From contig MU058781.1 in the NCBI GenBank assembly GCA_013265495.1, positions 11,389,009 through 11,453,008 of the forward strand: a DNA stretch of 64,000 nucleotides, given 5' to 3'. The translations under genes and the position numbers were made by a program. The notes under the pieces were generated by a model. The model was not told where the DNA came from, made no database searches, and was given only the letters and a program-made list of their open reading frames with translations. Source of the DNA: Vicugna vicugna. Taxonomy: Eukaryota. Below, piece by piece: positions 1-13,941 of the stretch (position 1 is the first letter of the stretch; each line of letters opens with the position of its first letter).

Positions 1-1460
1 AAAATAAAGAAGGATGGATCACTAGACAACTTGTGTTATTAGGTCAATATAATCCTCATACCAAAACTTAATAAAGACATTGAGAAAAAGAGAGGGGAGG
101 GGGATCATAAGCCAAATCTTTTATGACGATAGACGTGAAAATTCTTATAAAAATATTATCAAGTTGTATCCCATTACATATAAAAAGGATATCATGATCA
201 CACAGGTTTTATCTCATGAATGCAAGGTTGATTTACCATTCAGAAATCTTAGGGGGTATAGCTCAGGGGTAGAGCATTTGACTGCAGAAATCTTACACAA
301 TACATAAAAATAATTCAAAAGAGATCACAGATCTAAATATAAAACCTAGAACTATAAAACATCTGGAAGAAAAACACGATCTGTGCAATCTTGGGATAAA
401 CAAAGTTTACTTACATAGAATACAAAAAGCATAAAACGTAAAAGAAAATTATTGATAAATTAGACAATCAAAATTTAAAACTTGCTCTTTAAAAGATACC
501 ATTAAGAGAACAAAAACAAACTCATATACTGGGGAGGAAAGACTACACATATATAAAATGAAGAACTTGTTTCAGAATGTATAAAAATCTTATAACTAAT
601 TAAGACAAAGTAATTCTTAAAACAGGAAAAAGATCTGAACAGAGATGTCACAAAAGTTAAATGAGTGACCAATAGGCATCTGAAAATGTGCTTAATGTCA
701 TTACTCAGCAGGGAGATGCACATTAAAACCATAATGAGATACCACCACTCATCAAATTAGATAAAATTTAAACGAATGATTACACCAAGTGTTGGTGAGG
801 ATGTGGAGACTGGAACTCTCATCCACTGCAGGTGGGAATGCAAAATAATACACCTTCTTTGGGAAAGAGTTCGGCAATTTCTTAAAATGTTAAACATAAA
901 CTCACCATAGAACCTAGCCTTCCCACTCGGGTATTTGCCCCACCAAAATGAAAATCTATGTCCACACGGACTTTTACACAAATGTTCATGGCAGCCTTAC
1001 TTGTAATAGTTCAAAGCTATAAACAATCCAATGCCCTTACTAGGTGAAAGGCTAAATAAACCGTGGTCCATCCGTGCACTGGAATAGTACTCAGCAACAA
1101 AAGGGGACAAACCATTGATACAAACAGAGTGGATGAATCTCAAAATCATTTTCTGAGTGAAAGAAGCCAGGCAAAAAAGGAGCGCTTACTGTACAATTCC
1201 ATTTATATGAAATTCTAGAAAGTGGAAGGTAATTTAAGGTGGCAGAAAGCAGCTCATGGTTGCCCAAAGACAGGAGTGGAGGGAGGGAAGGATTCCAAAG
1301 GGGCTTGAGAAAACTTCGGGGGAGGATGGAAATGTTTATTATCTTGATTGTGACAATGGCCTGACAGGTGTATGCACATCAAAACTCATCAAATGTTATA
1401 CTTTACGTATGTACAGTTTATTACACTTCTGTTATACTTTTCAGAGTTGTAAAAAGTAAA
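1..1460 (+). mobile_element. Ancient L1 (L1M-type) ORF2 end and 3' UTR relic
   Basis: Degenerate L1 motifs (gttggtgaggatgtggag, caaatgttcatggcagc, tggatgaatctcaaaatc, aaaactcatcaaatgtta). Confidence 0.8.
252..288 (+). pseudogene. Tailless retropseudogene of a tRNA-Cys(GCA) 5' half
   Basis: GGGGGTATAGCTCAGGGGTAGAGCATTTGACTGCAGA equals the first 37 nt of mammalian tRNA-Cys-GCA as recalled; direct repeat CAGAAATCTTA at 241-251 and 285-295. Confidence 0.85.
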
Positions 1461-1900
1461 AGATTAAGACAGATCATGAAACTCTGCCTTTGACTCTGAA
1501 GATACAAATTTTCTTTCACATAACTCAACACAGCAAAAAGATGCCATCCCAAATTATTCCTGACAACCAAAGCCAAAGGTTTCCAATCAAGAGGCGTTTA
1601 TATTTATTTTTATATTATTTTATATTTAATATATACTTATTTAATTTATATCAATAGATAAGTTATTAATTGGTTAATAATTAATTAATACATTTAAATA
1701 ATATTGTATTTATTAATTTATATTACTGAAGAGGCTGTCAGAGTCTAAAGTGGCTGCCAACCAAAGCACCCAGGAAAACCAAATCCGCCCTGCCTCTTGA
1801 TCAAAATGAAAAGAAGCACAGTGTTCCACAGGCATCAGTTTAAGGAAATAGTCAAAACATCAGTGCTAGAAGGCACAGTAAAGGTGGGAAACCCACTTGC

Positions 1901-2033
1901 CTGAAGGTATAGTTTCCAGGAACAAGATTCGACAAATGTAAGACGGGGGAGTCAGCCGAGGTCTTCTCTTCTAGGAAGGGCCCAGTAATTTCCTCCCAGT
2001 GATAACTCACTATTTTAGTATCATCTGTACTTT
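1901..2033 (-). CDS. KIAA0319: KIAA0319 exon 9 (PKD domain)
   Basis: (Q)[46 protein letters not shown] acceptor at 2034-2035; GC donor (AG|GCAAGT). Confidence 0.93.
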
Positions 2034-5000
2034 CTAGAAAGATTAAAAAATAAATGAACACTAATATGCAAGAATATTAAAACATAAATTTGGTCATTCA
2101 TATTATTGCATAGTTAAATTTGTTTTTGTACGAAATTCTAATTGCGTAGTTTTCAACGGATATATATTGTGTATTAGAAGGAAGGATTTCTTCTTCTTCC
2201 TAAATTATCATCACAATTTTCCTCCTGAATTTCCACCAGGTTTGAGTGAGGGTGTTTCCACTTAGCTGTTGATGTAAAAAGCACAGTGACAGGCACTCTT
2301 GCTGTTTAAAAAACTCACCTCAACGACAGCACAAGATACCTTACTGAGGCTTTAAATAGGTACCTGAACTGGCAGATTCATCAAGAATTAAGTGATGCTT
2401 ATACATATTTACAAAACACCTTTTACTACCCTCATCATTAAGTGTAAATCCAGGGAAAAGCAGTACCATACATGAAAACTTCTCATTTCTACTTTAAAAG
2501 AGAGCAAACAAAATGTGCTACGTAGAATCATAGAAATTTAGACCTGGAAGAAAGCCAGTTTCATCTAATTCATTTAAGGAAAGAAAATTTCATGTGACAG
2601 ATTAATAATCCTGAGCAGTTTCCTGTAACTCAGCCACACTGATTAGAGGAATCACGATGCAATGCATCGTCTCGTGTAAACACTGTCATTTAAAATATGC
2701 CTTCTGTGATTATGACAATAAATAAATAAAATATGCCTTATTTTCACACTGTTAAGGGAGTGATGTAGACATTTATATTTCAATAGATGCAAATGATCAT
2801 GTCAATGTGATTTTTGGATATTTGCAGACTTGCAAAAAGAGGCAGCATTCTTCACTCTACAGGATTTTGTCTTAGATTCGTGATTCAGTGGACATCAATG
2901 CAAACACTGGTTACACTGATATTGTTGGACATGTTCTGAGTATGTTGTCAAACATAGCATATGTTTTCGACCTATTCTCACTTGCCTGGAGCCAGGCAGT
3001 TCCACTGGGGCCCTTTCCACATGCACTCTTATAGAAGGAATGAACTCCGAATTAAATGAACAAAACACCACCCACCCTCATGAAGGCAACCCTTCTAATA
3101 TTTGTGAAAAGAAATTTCCAACTGCTCATCATATATACTGCATGGGAAGGAGATTCTTTAATAAGTGCTTTAGTTCTAATCAAATAGTTAGGCCCTAAAG
3201 AACTTTCTCATAGACAAATGAGACATAAATGAAGGGAAATTCGGGATAAGACAGAGAAGTTGTGCTGAAGGAACTGAAGAACTTTAAGATATGAGACTGA
3301 AGAGAGAGGGGTCCATCTATCAATATATTAGCCCCTAGGTCCTCTCAGCCTTGACAGAGAACACCCATTACATCTCACAGGATGCAGGGTAAACACCCCT
3401 AAAATACAGCAGGATACCCACGGCTGCCATCAATCAGGGCTGACGTCAAAGGCAGAGTGAGCTCTTGTCTCTCGGGAGAAGCAACGGCCATGGGTGGCAG
3501 GTTGACTCTTGTGGCTGCGTGACAGAAAAGAAGGACACTGACTGAGCCCACGTTGTATATGCCACGTCACCACTCAAATAAACCATCTGATGGGTAAAAA
3601 TTGGTTATCAATATCCTATCAAGAAGGCCTACAGGCCTCAACTACGGAAAGTCCTATTAATGTTTTGGAACCTTCCTATGACTTTTAGGAGCTTGTCTCC
3701 TAAAAGTTTACATTTTTGTACAAAAGCCCAGGCTCAGTGAACAGGGGTAATAATAGTCACAGGGTTAGTCACGGAATCTGAGCACAACTGCAGAAGAGGA
3801 GTCATGGAGTATGGTCCTAGCTCCCAAGATTAACTGGATCTTGAACATTTGACTGAAGGCACCCACCACCACCACCACCACCGCCACCGCCACCACCACA
3901 GTTAGCCATAAGAACAATCAGGCAGAATGTGCAAAAGGGGGACCTGCCAGCCCCTGAGGCAGAGGCTGGAGGTGGGGCTGGCACCGAGCTGGCCCACCCC
4001 CACTGGGCAGGCCGTGCCCACAGCCCAGCAGAGGGGGCGGTAGAGGCAGCCCAGCCCACGTTCCACTTGCTGAGCTGGGACCTGCTCTCCCAGACATAGT
4101 CCACTGTTTCTGATTCACACACAGGCACTGACCTATGGGCTGGGCTGGTGGAGGCCTGACAGGGCCAGTGGGCTTGAAGGCCCATGGCATACATTTCCCT
4201 GGACCCCTGAGCTGCTCAGTTGAATGTATCTGAAAAGCTCTTTCGCCTAAGATCAAGCCGAGTCATGGGGGACGGAGGTGGAAGAGTGAATGCAGCAGAC
4301 GTCAGACACAGGAGGCTAAGGCACAGGTGATGCCAGTACCTAAGGATAGCAAGCCATGACCTTGCAACCTTGCACAGCAGGGTCAAGCGAGTACTAAGAA
4401 CTATACAGCAAGCAGAAAGGGAAAAAAAATCAAACTAACTAGGGTCTTTGCATGCTTTTTGTACAATGGAGCTTAATGTAAAACCAAAAATATCTATCAC
4501 TGTGTTATTAGGACACCAAAAATGGAGCCTGTACAACAGGAGGCCATTCTCTTACTCAGCCTTACCTGGCTCAACGCTGACATTTACAAATCCCTCTCCA
4601 AAGGCATTTTCACCAGAAACCGCTACTTTGAAGGCATAAAGTCCGACTGACAACTGCAACACCAAGAAAAGTCACAACGGTAAACATGCAAAAGACACGA
4701 TGGGTTCACTGCCTAGAAAATCCTAAAATATTCCAGGAGCCGTTCTCCTGGAGTCAACACAGAGAAGGGGCTCAGGCCCTGCGGACACACGGCCACATGT
4801 GTGACGCCTGCACTCTGGACACCAAGATCACCCAGGAAGGCCTTCAGCTTAGTTACAGATGCTCACATGCCTCACTGAGGCCTTTGTGAGACAGACCGGC
4901 CAAGGGCGGCAGTTCTCAAACTCGCGTGTAGGGGAATCATGCAGTTTTACCAAGTAGCTCTGGTGGGTGGTTCGGGTACCAGACTTTGAGAGGCAGCGCT

Positions 5001-8000
5001 CAGTGACGCGGGGGTGATGCCAACTCGTGTTGCACCAGTAGCTGTGCAGCCTCAGGACTGATGACAACCCAGTCATCTATGGACTAGGTTTCTTCTTGTG
5101 TGGGCTTACATCTTGGAGCAATAATTGGTAGTCAAACCATTTGTGAACTGGAATGCAATTGCTGGCAACCCTAGAAATGTGCCTAAGAATCAGAGATAAC
5201 CAGAATGTCTCTAACACTGCAAAGGGAGCAAGAGTTGTAAACAGACTTTAACCTCAAACAGAGACCCAGATCAGCCTGGGCAACCAGGCTCTTTTCTCCG
5301 GGTTGACACATAAGTAAGTCAAAGAAAAATTACCGAAAGGTCCTGTTTTTAAATCTGCCTGTCTACCTACATGCTTGAGACTCGATTCATTTGGATCCTT
5401 CTTTTGATTTTAATCAAAAGAGAGACTTCCGGCTTCAACAGCTAAGAAGGTGTTACCTGAATTCTAAGATATGCTGTCAAATACAACTTGTCCCCAGTTA
5501 CTCACTTGAGAGAGATTAAGAGTTTGCATGTGTCTTTGTTTTATTTCACCTTGGTAGTCTTCAGGGTGGCTTATTAAACTCCATTCATAGCTGTAGGTTG
5601 TTCCTGAGAGCAAAAAAGAAATATGAGTAGTTATAAATTCTGAGAGGTCACTATAATCTGGGTGGAGGGAAGAAAATGACAGCCTTCAATCTACCACAGA
5701 GCTCAATTAGAAATACTGAACTGAACTTTCAACTATCATCCAGCTGAGGAATAACAAGGTTTCTATAACATTTTAATGTAAAATTTCTTTTTTTATTATA
5801 AGAACATAAAACATATAAGACATTTAGAAAATGTAGAAAAATTTTTTTAAATGCCCTAATTTCATTGTTAGTGTTTGATGACTTTCCTTCCAGACTGTGA
5901 TATCTGACTATACATATAAATTTTAACAGAGTATGTATAATCCGCTGTACTTTTTCTCCTTTTAATAAAAGGCAAGGAGATTTCAATTCATTTAATCTGT
6001 TGTAGGGGTTTATGTAAGGACAGAGAAACAGATTAAACCTCTTTGTATCAAGCTGAAGCTGTCTCCCACCTCCCACCTTGGGGTACTAGTGGTTAAAGGA
6101 CGAGGTACCTCAGCTGGAAGGAGTAAAATATAAATGCCAAACATTATCATCTATGCTTAAATTTTGATTCATGTCAGAGGGAAAAATGAATAAAGGAACT
6201 AACCCAAATGAGAAATATTCAAATACCTTAAGAATGAATATACTCTAAGAAAGTATGCATTTGCGAGGTCACAGGAGTAGGTCAAATGTTTGCTCAGTAG
6301 CAGAGTGCTGGACAAGCAGAAGGAAGTATTTTAAACAACATTTTTTGAACAGCTGCTGTGAGGATGCTGAGAACCTCAGAGCCATGTTATCACCACCACA
6401 TCTGCAAACAAACGTTTGTGCACATGCCACGTCGTTCACCTGACACGTGGTATCTTCTCAGGCTCCATGAGTTATAACAAGTCAAAAGCTGGGATGTGGA
6501 AACCTCTCCTGTCCTAATATATCACTCTGCTTTGTATCATCAGAGATGTATGACTTTCTATCCTGACCAATTAAAGGAAATACACCATCCTTAATTTCCA
6601 ATCCTTTTACTCCATTTTAAACTATTTAAATACACTTCAATGCTTATGATCATCAAAGCCTTGTCATCCACTCCAGAATGACACAACGTTGTGAAAATGA
6701 ATCAATACTGCAAATAACCAGTAAAGACCCATTAAGGACACGCCAGCAATCAGCCCCTCCTGGTGTCAGAGGGAAGTCAAACTCTCACCTGCAGGTGGCG
6801 CTGGCACAACAAAGGCCTTCAGTTCAACTTCACTTTCCGGTGAAGTTACTATTAGGTTTTCGCCAGCCGACACCATGAGTTCTTTCACTAAAAGTTAATT
6901 AGAAATAGTACATTTCATTATATACTTTAATGATGTTATATTACTGCCTATAATAGATTTGTTTTTAGTATCTATAAAATAATATATTTTTGTAACAGTT
7001 CATGTGATTTTATCTAAGACACATTTCCCCTCTAGCTGGTAACGGAACCATGCCCTATATTATGCTGCAGGGTCGATTTTGTACATTTTAAATTGTCTAT
7101 GTGAGTTGGCACTGTGGAGAAAATAAGGCTTCAGGCTGACTGAGCAAGATGTTGGTGACAAGAGTTGGTGACAAGAGTTGGTGACAAGGTGAGGGTACTG
7201 TGGATTGGGTCTATTTTCTCTTGCTACCAGATTAGCTTGACTCCCTGGTAAGTGTTAATTTTATTCATAGAGAGGTCGAGGGTAATCATAAGTGTTTGTG
7301 TCTCATTAGTCACACACCACTCAGTTCTTCTGATAGTAGCCCCATGAATTATTGCAATGGCCTCGCTCTTGGAACCTTTCCAAGAGGAAATACAGTCAAC
7401 CTCAATATAAAAAAGGCTATTTTAACTCAAGCAGCAGGAACATTCACTCTCATCAAAAGCACTTAACTACTAAATCAGCATTCCAGGCAATTCCTTGCTC
7501 CATACCCAGCGGTACATTTATACATTTCATTGGCTGGACTCAGCTGGGCATTGGTCTCACTTGTAGAATACAATCGAGATATATGTCGAGATAGTGCATA
7601 GAGAAAAGCAAAGATTGGAAAAAAAAAAAAAGCTGAGTGCTCTCTAGAGGTCTAAGCTGCTTGGTGATGTTAGAGGGACATGTGGCTCATTTAAATCCTC
7701 TTATCCCCTCTCAGTCTGTACTCAGCCCCTCGAGTGCCTTCCTAGACCAGCTGCAGAGGCCTCACTGCTTTCTCTGGCTTCTCTTCCTGTCACTTGCACT
7801 GACTCCTTGCAAGAACACTGAGGACCTGGAAGGGACATTGGTCCAAACCCATCATTTTACAGATGAAGAAATGGAGCCTGAGAAAAGCAATGGAAGTTGC
7901 TCGAGGCTATGTGGATCATTAGTAATCCGCCCACCAATTTTAACTAATTTAAATGTATTTATTTCAACAACTAATTTACATACCAGATTAAACTAAGCAA

Positions 8001-11000
8001 GACACTGTTCCAAGGGCTTTAAAATGATCAGTTCATTTCATCCTCTAACCACTTTATGTAATAGGTACTATCAGGACCCAAGGATTCTAATTCCCAGGCC
8101 AGTTTCCCTTTCAATATACACAGCTTCTCCTCCATCATTATCCTCCTCGCTACTGAAGCTTAGGATCAAAAGTAAATAGCCAAGGAAGAGAGGGTAATCC
8201 TCAAAGTCCATTACCCACAGAAAGGCTCAGGAAACATGACAAAAGTCTCTAGTAACTCCTTTAGTAGTAAACCTAATGGGAACTCTTCAGTCCTCACCAT
8301 GACCTCTGTGACACATGGCCCCTTCATCACTTCTTCCGACATAGAGCTCTCTCCTCTCTCATTCCCTCAGCCCACGCCCTCCTCCTTCTCTCCTACCTCT
8401 CTGCCAACAGCACTCTGTCAGCTCTGTAGGCTACTTCTGCTCTCCCAGCCCCTGATATAATGACAGCTTGAAAGGTCCAGCCCTCAGGGCTCTGCCAGGC
8501 TTACCCCACCACTCTCCCTTCATGGCTGTCAACTATCACTGCTGCCCTGATGACCTCTTGTCCTTTATCTTCAGCCCAACTCCTCATCTAACTTTCAGTT
8601 CCATGTGTTCATACATCTTAGAGTCCTTTCACCTTCATCCTGACCTTCAACCACTTATCAACTTCTAGTGGTTCTACCTTTTCAATCTCTCTTGAATCTG
8701 GTTCCTTCTCTCCATCCCTGCAACCACTCACTCTGGTTTTTCTTTAATGGATCCTCTTGCCTCCAGTCAACTCCATATATATAATGTTCTTGACGTCAAT
8801 TTGATCATTTCACTTTCCTGCTTAAAATTTCTCAGGGACTCACTCTACTCATCCAGTAATGCACAAATCCCTTAGCATAGAACACAGGATCCTTCAAAAT
8901 CTTGCCCCACTCACCACTCCAGACTCATCTGGCCATTCCCACTCCATTCCTGTAAGTTGCAGCTACACAGAACTCCTTAGAGTTCTTCCCAATATGCCAC
9001 GTGAGCTCTTGTACCTCTGTTCCTTCTCAGAGGCAATGAATGAAATGATGCGTGGGAAATGCCAAGTGTGGTGCCCGGCACTGGGTGAGTGCTCAATAAA
9101 TACAATTATCATTATTGTTATTACACATGTAGCGCCTGTGACCTGAACAACGTGCCAGCCCCATTTTAGCTGGTTCATCTATCCTAGCGTCATCGCCTCT
9201 GGAAAGGCTTCCATGGCCCTTCTGAGTGGGTCAGGCAGCGTGCCCCTTCTCTGCTCCCGTAGCAGCCTCTCACAGCACTTACCATATTGTATCCAACCAG
9301 CTATTTATTGTCAGTCTCATTCCCTAGACTATAGAGTCATGGACAGAAAAGACAATATCTGTTCATCTTTTTATTCCCAGTGCCTAGCATGTTTCTGGTA
9401 CATGAATGATGCTCAACAATTTGCCTGGAGGGGATGAGTAAACTTTAAAAGTTGTCACTACTGTATTTTACAGTGTTTCTTCAGTACATTTTTTCCCGTA
9501 GTATTTTTTAAAGTTACCTGTCCTGGGAACAGTGGGAGCAGATACAGGTTGCTCAGATGGGGTGGACTCAGTGGGGATGGTGCTAGTGGGAAGGGTTGAA
9601 ATGCTCTGCTCTGTGTTCCAGGGGGTGACTGTGAGAACTGAGTTTTCCTCCATGGTGGCTGTGCTGAACTCCGGGCTGGCTGGAGGAGGATTATGGGAAG
9701 GCATTAGAACCTAGGAGATCAATTACAAGGATAAGTTGTTATGGGGGGGGGAAGTTGAACTCTTCAAGCCAACACCATGCCGTTGACCTTTTTCATAAAT
9801 TAGATCCATTAGCATTTAAAACACTGTGTCTAATATTGCAAATCACTGGACTCTAGACCGTCTCTTTCAAATATTCTCTGCTATCTATTAAAAATGTGTG
9901 ACAACTCTGGGCTGGATAATTTTTAGAGGCAAACACGCACAAACAGAAAACATTCAAGATAAAGAGAAAATATTTATAGTAGTCCCTAAATTAATCAGTA
10001 AGGCAATAATTGAAGACAATCAGATGATTCAACAAAAAGCAGGCTTCTAGAGTAAATGATCTCTATTCATATCATCCATTGTATATAAACTGTAACTTAA
10101 AATTACAGAGTTAGCCAACGTAAAGGTTTTAAATTAAATATCAAGTACCAGGGGGAAAGTCTCATAACATGATAATAAAGTGCTCTTCTGAGCTTCAACT
10201 GCCAGTGACTATGTGAAGCCAGGCAAATAAAACTCAGGCTAAGAAGACAGGAGACCCAAAGGGGATGTTGGAGTGTGAAATCCACAGAAAGAAAAGCTGT
10301 AACTCAAATGTTAAGTGGAGAGGGGGCATTGGTGTTTATTGAAAACACAGCTACTCTCTTCTGCAGCTGACTTAGCCACATAGAAGAAGGTAAATTGTGT
10401 TAATGCTTAGTGATATGGGAAAAGAATGTGATTAATCTCTTATATTTAATTTTTTTAATTGAAGATTTCAAAACTTTTAAGACCTTTACAAGTACAGAAA
10501 AATATGGAAACTTTGAAAAGGACAGAAAAATACATCAAAGCAGAAAAAAACTTCTGATAATCTCACTATTTAAAAATGTTTTTAGGAATTTTTAGTGGTT
10601 GCGATTATAATGTATAGTCATGTCATTCCAGCTTTCTTCATCTACTCTAACCTAAGCACTGATATCTTAAAGAGTATTTTCCTTTTTAAAAAAAATCTTA
10701 ATTGGTTTAAGCCTCTTTATATTCTGATCTGCCATCTTGTACCTTTGTAACAGAGAAGAAAAAATCTGACTCCCTATTAGATCTGTTCCTTTAGCTCTAA
10801 CTCTATGCTTTCCTGTGCTTAGTCATGCTGGTTCTGTACTTTTTGGAAAAGAATGTTGCCAATAGCCTGAAAAATACAAGACAGCCTGTTCCTTCTCAAG
10901 GCTCTGACCTTTCAGGGTATAAACTTTTCTATTTATACAGAGATAAAAAGTTGCAGAATAGAGAACAAGATTTGTCTTGTTAGAGGTTTACAGGAACATC

Positions 11001-13889
11001 ATGACCTGACCTATGTGGACAGCTGCAAGAACAAACGATTCTGACACCAAGAAGTCTGCAACAACCAACCACATCTCCTCCCCTTTTTAGTATAAAAGAA
11101 GCCTGAATTCTAACTTGGGTAAGATGCTTCTCTAGGACATTAGTCCCCCATCTTCTTGGTCTACTGGCTTTCCGAAGAACGTTGTTATTCCTTGCCCTAG
11201 TACCTCGTCTCCTGATTTACTGGCCTGTTGTGTGGTGAGCAGAATGAGTTTGGATTTGGTAACATCTTAAAATACAATAGTTTCTAAAAACAGACTTGCC
11301 ATATGATCCAACAATCCCACTCCTGGGCATGTATCTAGAGAAAACTATAATTCAAAAAGATACATGCACCCAATGTTCATAGCTGCACTATTTACAATGG
11401 CCAAAACATGGAAGCAACCTAAATGTACATCAACAGATGAATGGATAAAGGAGTTGTGGTATATATACACAATGGAATACTACTCAGCCATAAAAAGAAT
11501 AAAATAATGCCATTTGCAGCAGCATGGATGGACCTAGAGAATATCATACTAAGCGAAGTCAGAAAGAGAAAGACAAATACCATATGATATCTCTTATACA
11601 TGGAATCTTAAAAAGTGACACAAATGAACTTATTTACAGAACAAAAGCAGACTTGCAGACATAGAAAACAAAGTTATGGTTACCATAGGGAAAAGGGGGT
11701 GGGAGAGGGATAAAGTAGGGTTTGGGATGAGCAGATACAAACTACTATATAAAAAAATAGACAAACAACAAGGTCCTACTGTATAGCACAGATAACTATA
11801 TTCAATAGTTTGTAATAACCTACAATGAAAAAGAATATATATATGTATAACTGAATCACTTTGCTGTACACCAGAAACTAACACAACATTGTAAACCAAC
11901 TATATTTCAATTAAAAAAAAAAAGAAAAGGAAATACAACAGTTTCTTCTGTGACTGTTCTTTTGTCCCTTCATTGCCCACTGCATTCAGCTTTCCCAGAC
12001 CCACACGCTCACTACATTCTCATGAAGTCCTGGCATTCCCCAGATGAGCAGCCTCTGAGCTCACCAACTGCTCTCCTCAGCGCAATCTCCTTCTCTTTCT
12101 CCCTGACCTTCTGCTGTCAGCACCTGAACCTTCCCTCTGCTTTTGGTATGTCTCCTTTCCCAAAGATTCCCACTCTCTTCACCTGTGTTTTTCATAGAAA
12201 GTTCTGTACAGCTTATGTGCTCTCCTTAGTATCTCCCTCCTCCTTCCCAACTGATTCATGTCACTGGTGAGATTCCAGCAACCTGAGATCCTGTTGGGTC
12301 TTGAAGAAACTGCAGGGGATCAGAATATGTCACCCTCAAGTATGCCACTTTGGCATACTGATTATTTTGAATGAAAGGTACTTGAGAAACAGGTCCTACT
12401 GTATAGCACAGATGTGCAAGAAAGACACTCTGACCGTCCTTTGTCCCCCTGAAAGCAAGAGATAATTCACCCATGTGAAAGGTGTCTTTCCTTTCAAGGA
12501 TTACCTACAACTTAATGCAGCTCAGAAAACTCTAATTGTGACTGTAGGGGAAAATTTGTATTTTGGTGGAAAATAAAACACTGTACCAGGAGGATGGAAG
12601 GCGTCCTTACCACCAGAGACAGGAAATTTAGGACTGTGAAGGCTGCATAAACCAACCTTGTGTGAAAACAACAGACCCAAAATAGAGTCACTTATGCTAA
12701 GCCCCCAAACCAAGACTTAATTACAGTTTCAGCTCTTCCTGGAATGGAATCTTAAGCCAGTCAATCAGGAATAATTTTAAGGTCATCTGCCTGATAAACC
12801 TCCACTCTCCCGTAAAGGAAAGTAACCTTGGAATAACCAACACACTTTTTTGTCTTGTACAGCTTCCTTGTTCTCACTTCCTTCTGCCTGTAAGTCTTTC
12901 ACTTTGTACAGCTCCTCGGAGCTCCTTTCTATTGGCTGGATTGGATGCTGGCTGACTTGGATCCATTTTTGCTCCAATAAACTCTTTAAAATATTAATGT
13001 GCTTCAGTTTACTTTTTAACAGATCCTTAACTGCAACAGATACTTTGTCACTAATTTACTACCCCAAACCTAAACCCCTTTGGTTTGTCAATTGGTCACA
13101 AATGTACTGTTTCTTTGAAAAGATATAAAATCCTCTTGTTTGGTTCACTTCTCATATTTTTAATGGAGTCTCCTATATATCCGGAAGTAAATTTGCTTTT
13201 CTCCTATGAATCTATCTATGTCAATTTAATTATTACCCCAGCCAAAGAACCTAGAAGGAAAGAAAAAAATTTTTTTTCTGCTCCTACAAAAAAAGATATG
13301 CAAAGCCTCTGGCTCTATGTGCTGTGTACATGGGCTGGCTCCGGGGACCTCTAAAAATCCTCATTCATCTTAGATACTAGTAGAGGCATCTCTAGGGAGA
13401 AGCGCTAAATCATCATTAGGTGGCTGACTTGTGAAGGCAGAAGAACTATTTGTTCTTTCAGATAGTCCAGTTACGAGAGCATAACAGAGGAACAAGACAT
13501 TTTGTTTCCTGGAAGGCTCTGAGAGTCATCTTTCTTGCTGATACCTTAACTGGTGTCCTTAAGATGAACCTTCCTGTGTGTACCATCTAATGAGGACCAG
13601 GCTCCAAAAGTAAACAGCCCCTCCCACCGTCTCATGCACACACCGGCCACACCCACCTCTTTTCCAGAGCTGTTGCTGGGTTGCTCCCGGAGCTGAAAAG
13701 TCTCTTTCTCCAGTTCCTCTCCTGAAGATGGAGTCGTGACCAAGGGAAGCAACAACCCTCTCTCTGGGGCGTGTTCTGGGGCCGGCGTCCACGCCGACTC
13801 ATTCAGTTTATGGAGCTCTGGATCCTCCTGCTGCTTCTCCGCCATTGCTGCTGGGCTCTCCCCAGCAGAGGAGTTGAAGCCTCCCCCGC

Positions 13890-13941
<52 letters not shown>

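Noticed and set aside
1598..1725. Very AT-rich, quasi-palindromic tract
   Set aside because: Ordinary low-complexity intronic sequence
3817..4256. ORFs with poly-Gly in KIAA0319 intron 7
   Set aside because: Produced by an intronic (CCA)n microsatellite in GC-rich sequence; exons 7 and 8 already join in frame
7151..7188. Short direct repeats as a CRISPR-like array
   Set aside because: No spacers; a simple slippage triplication in mammalian DNA
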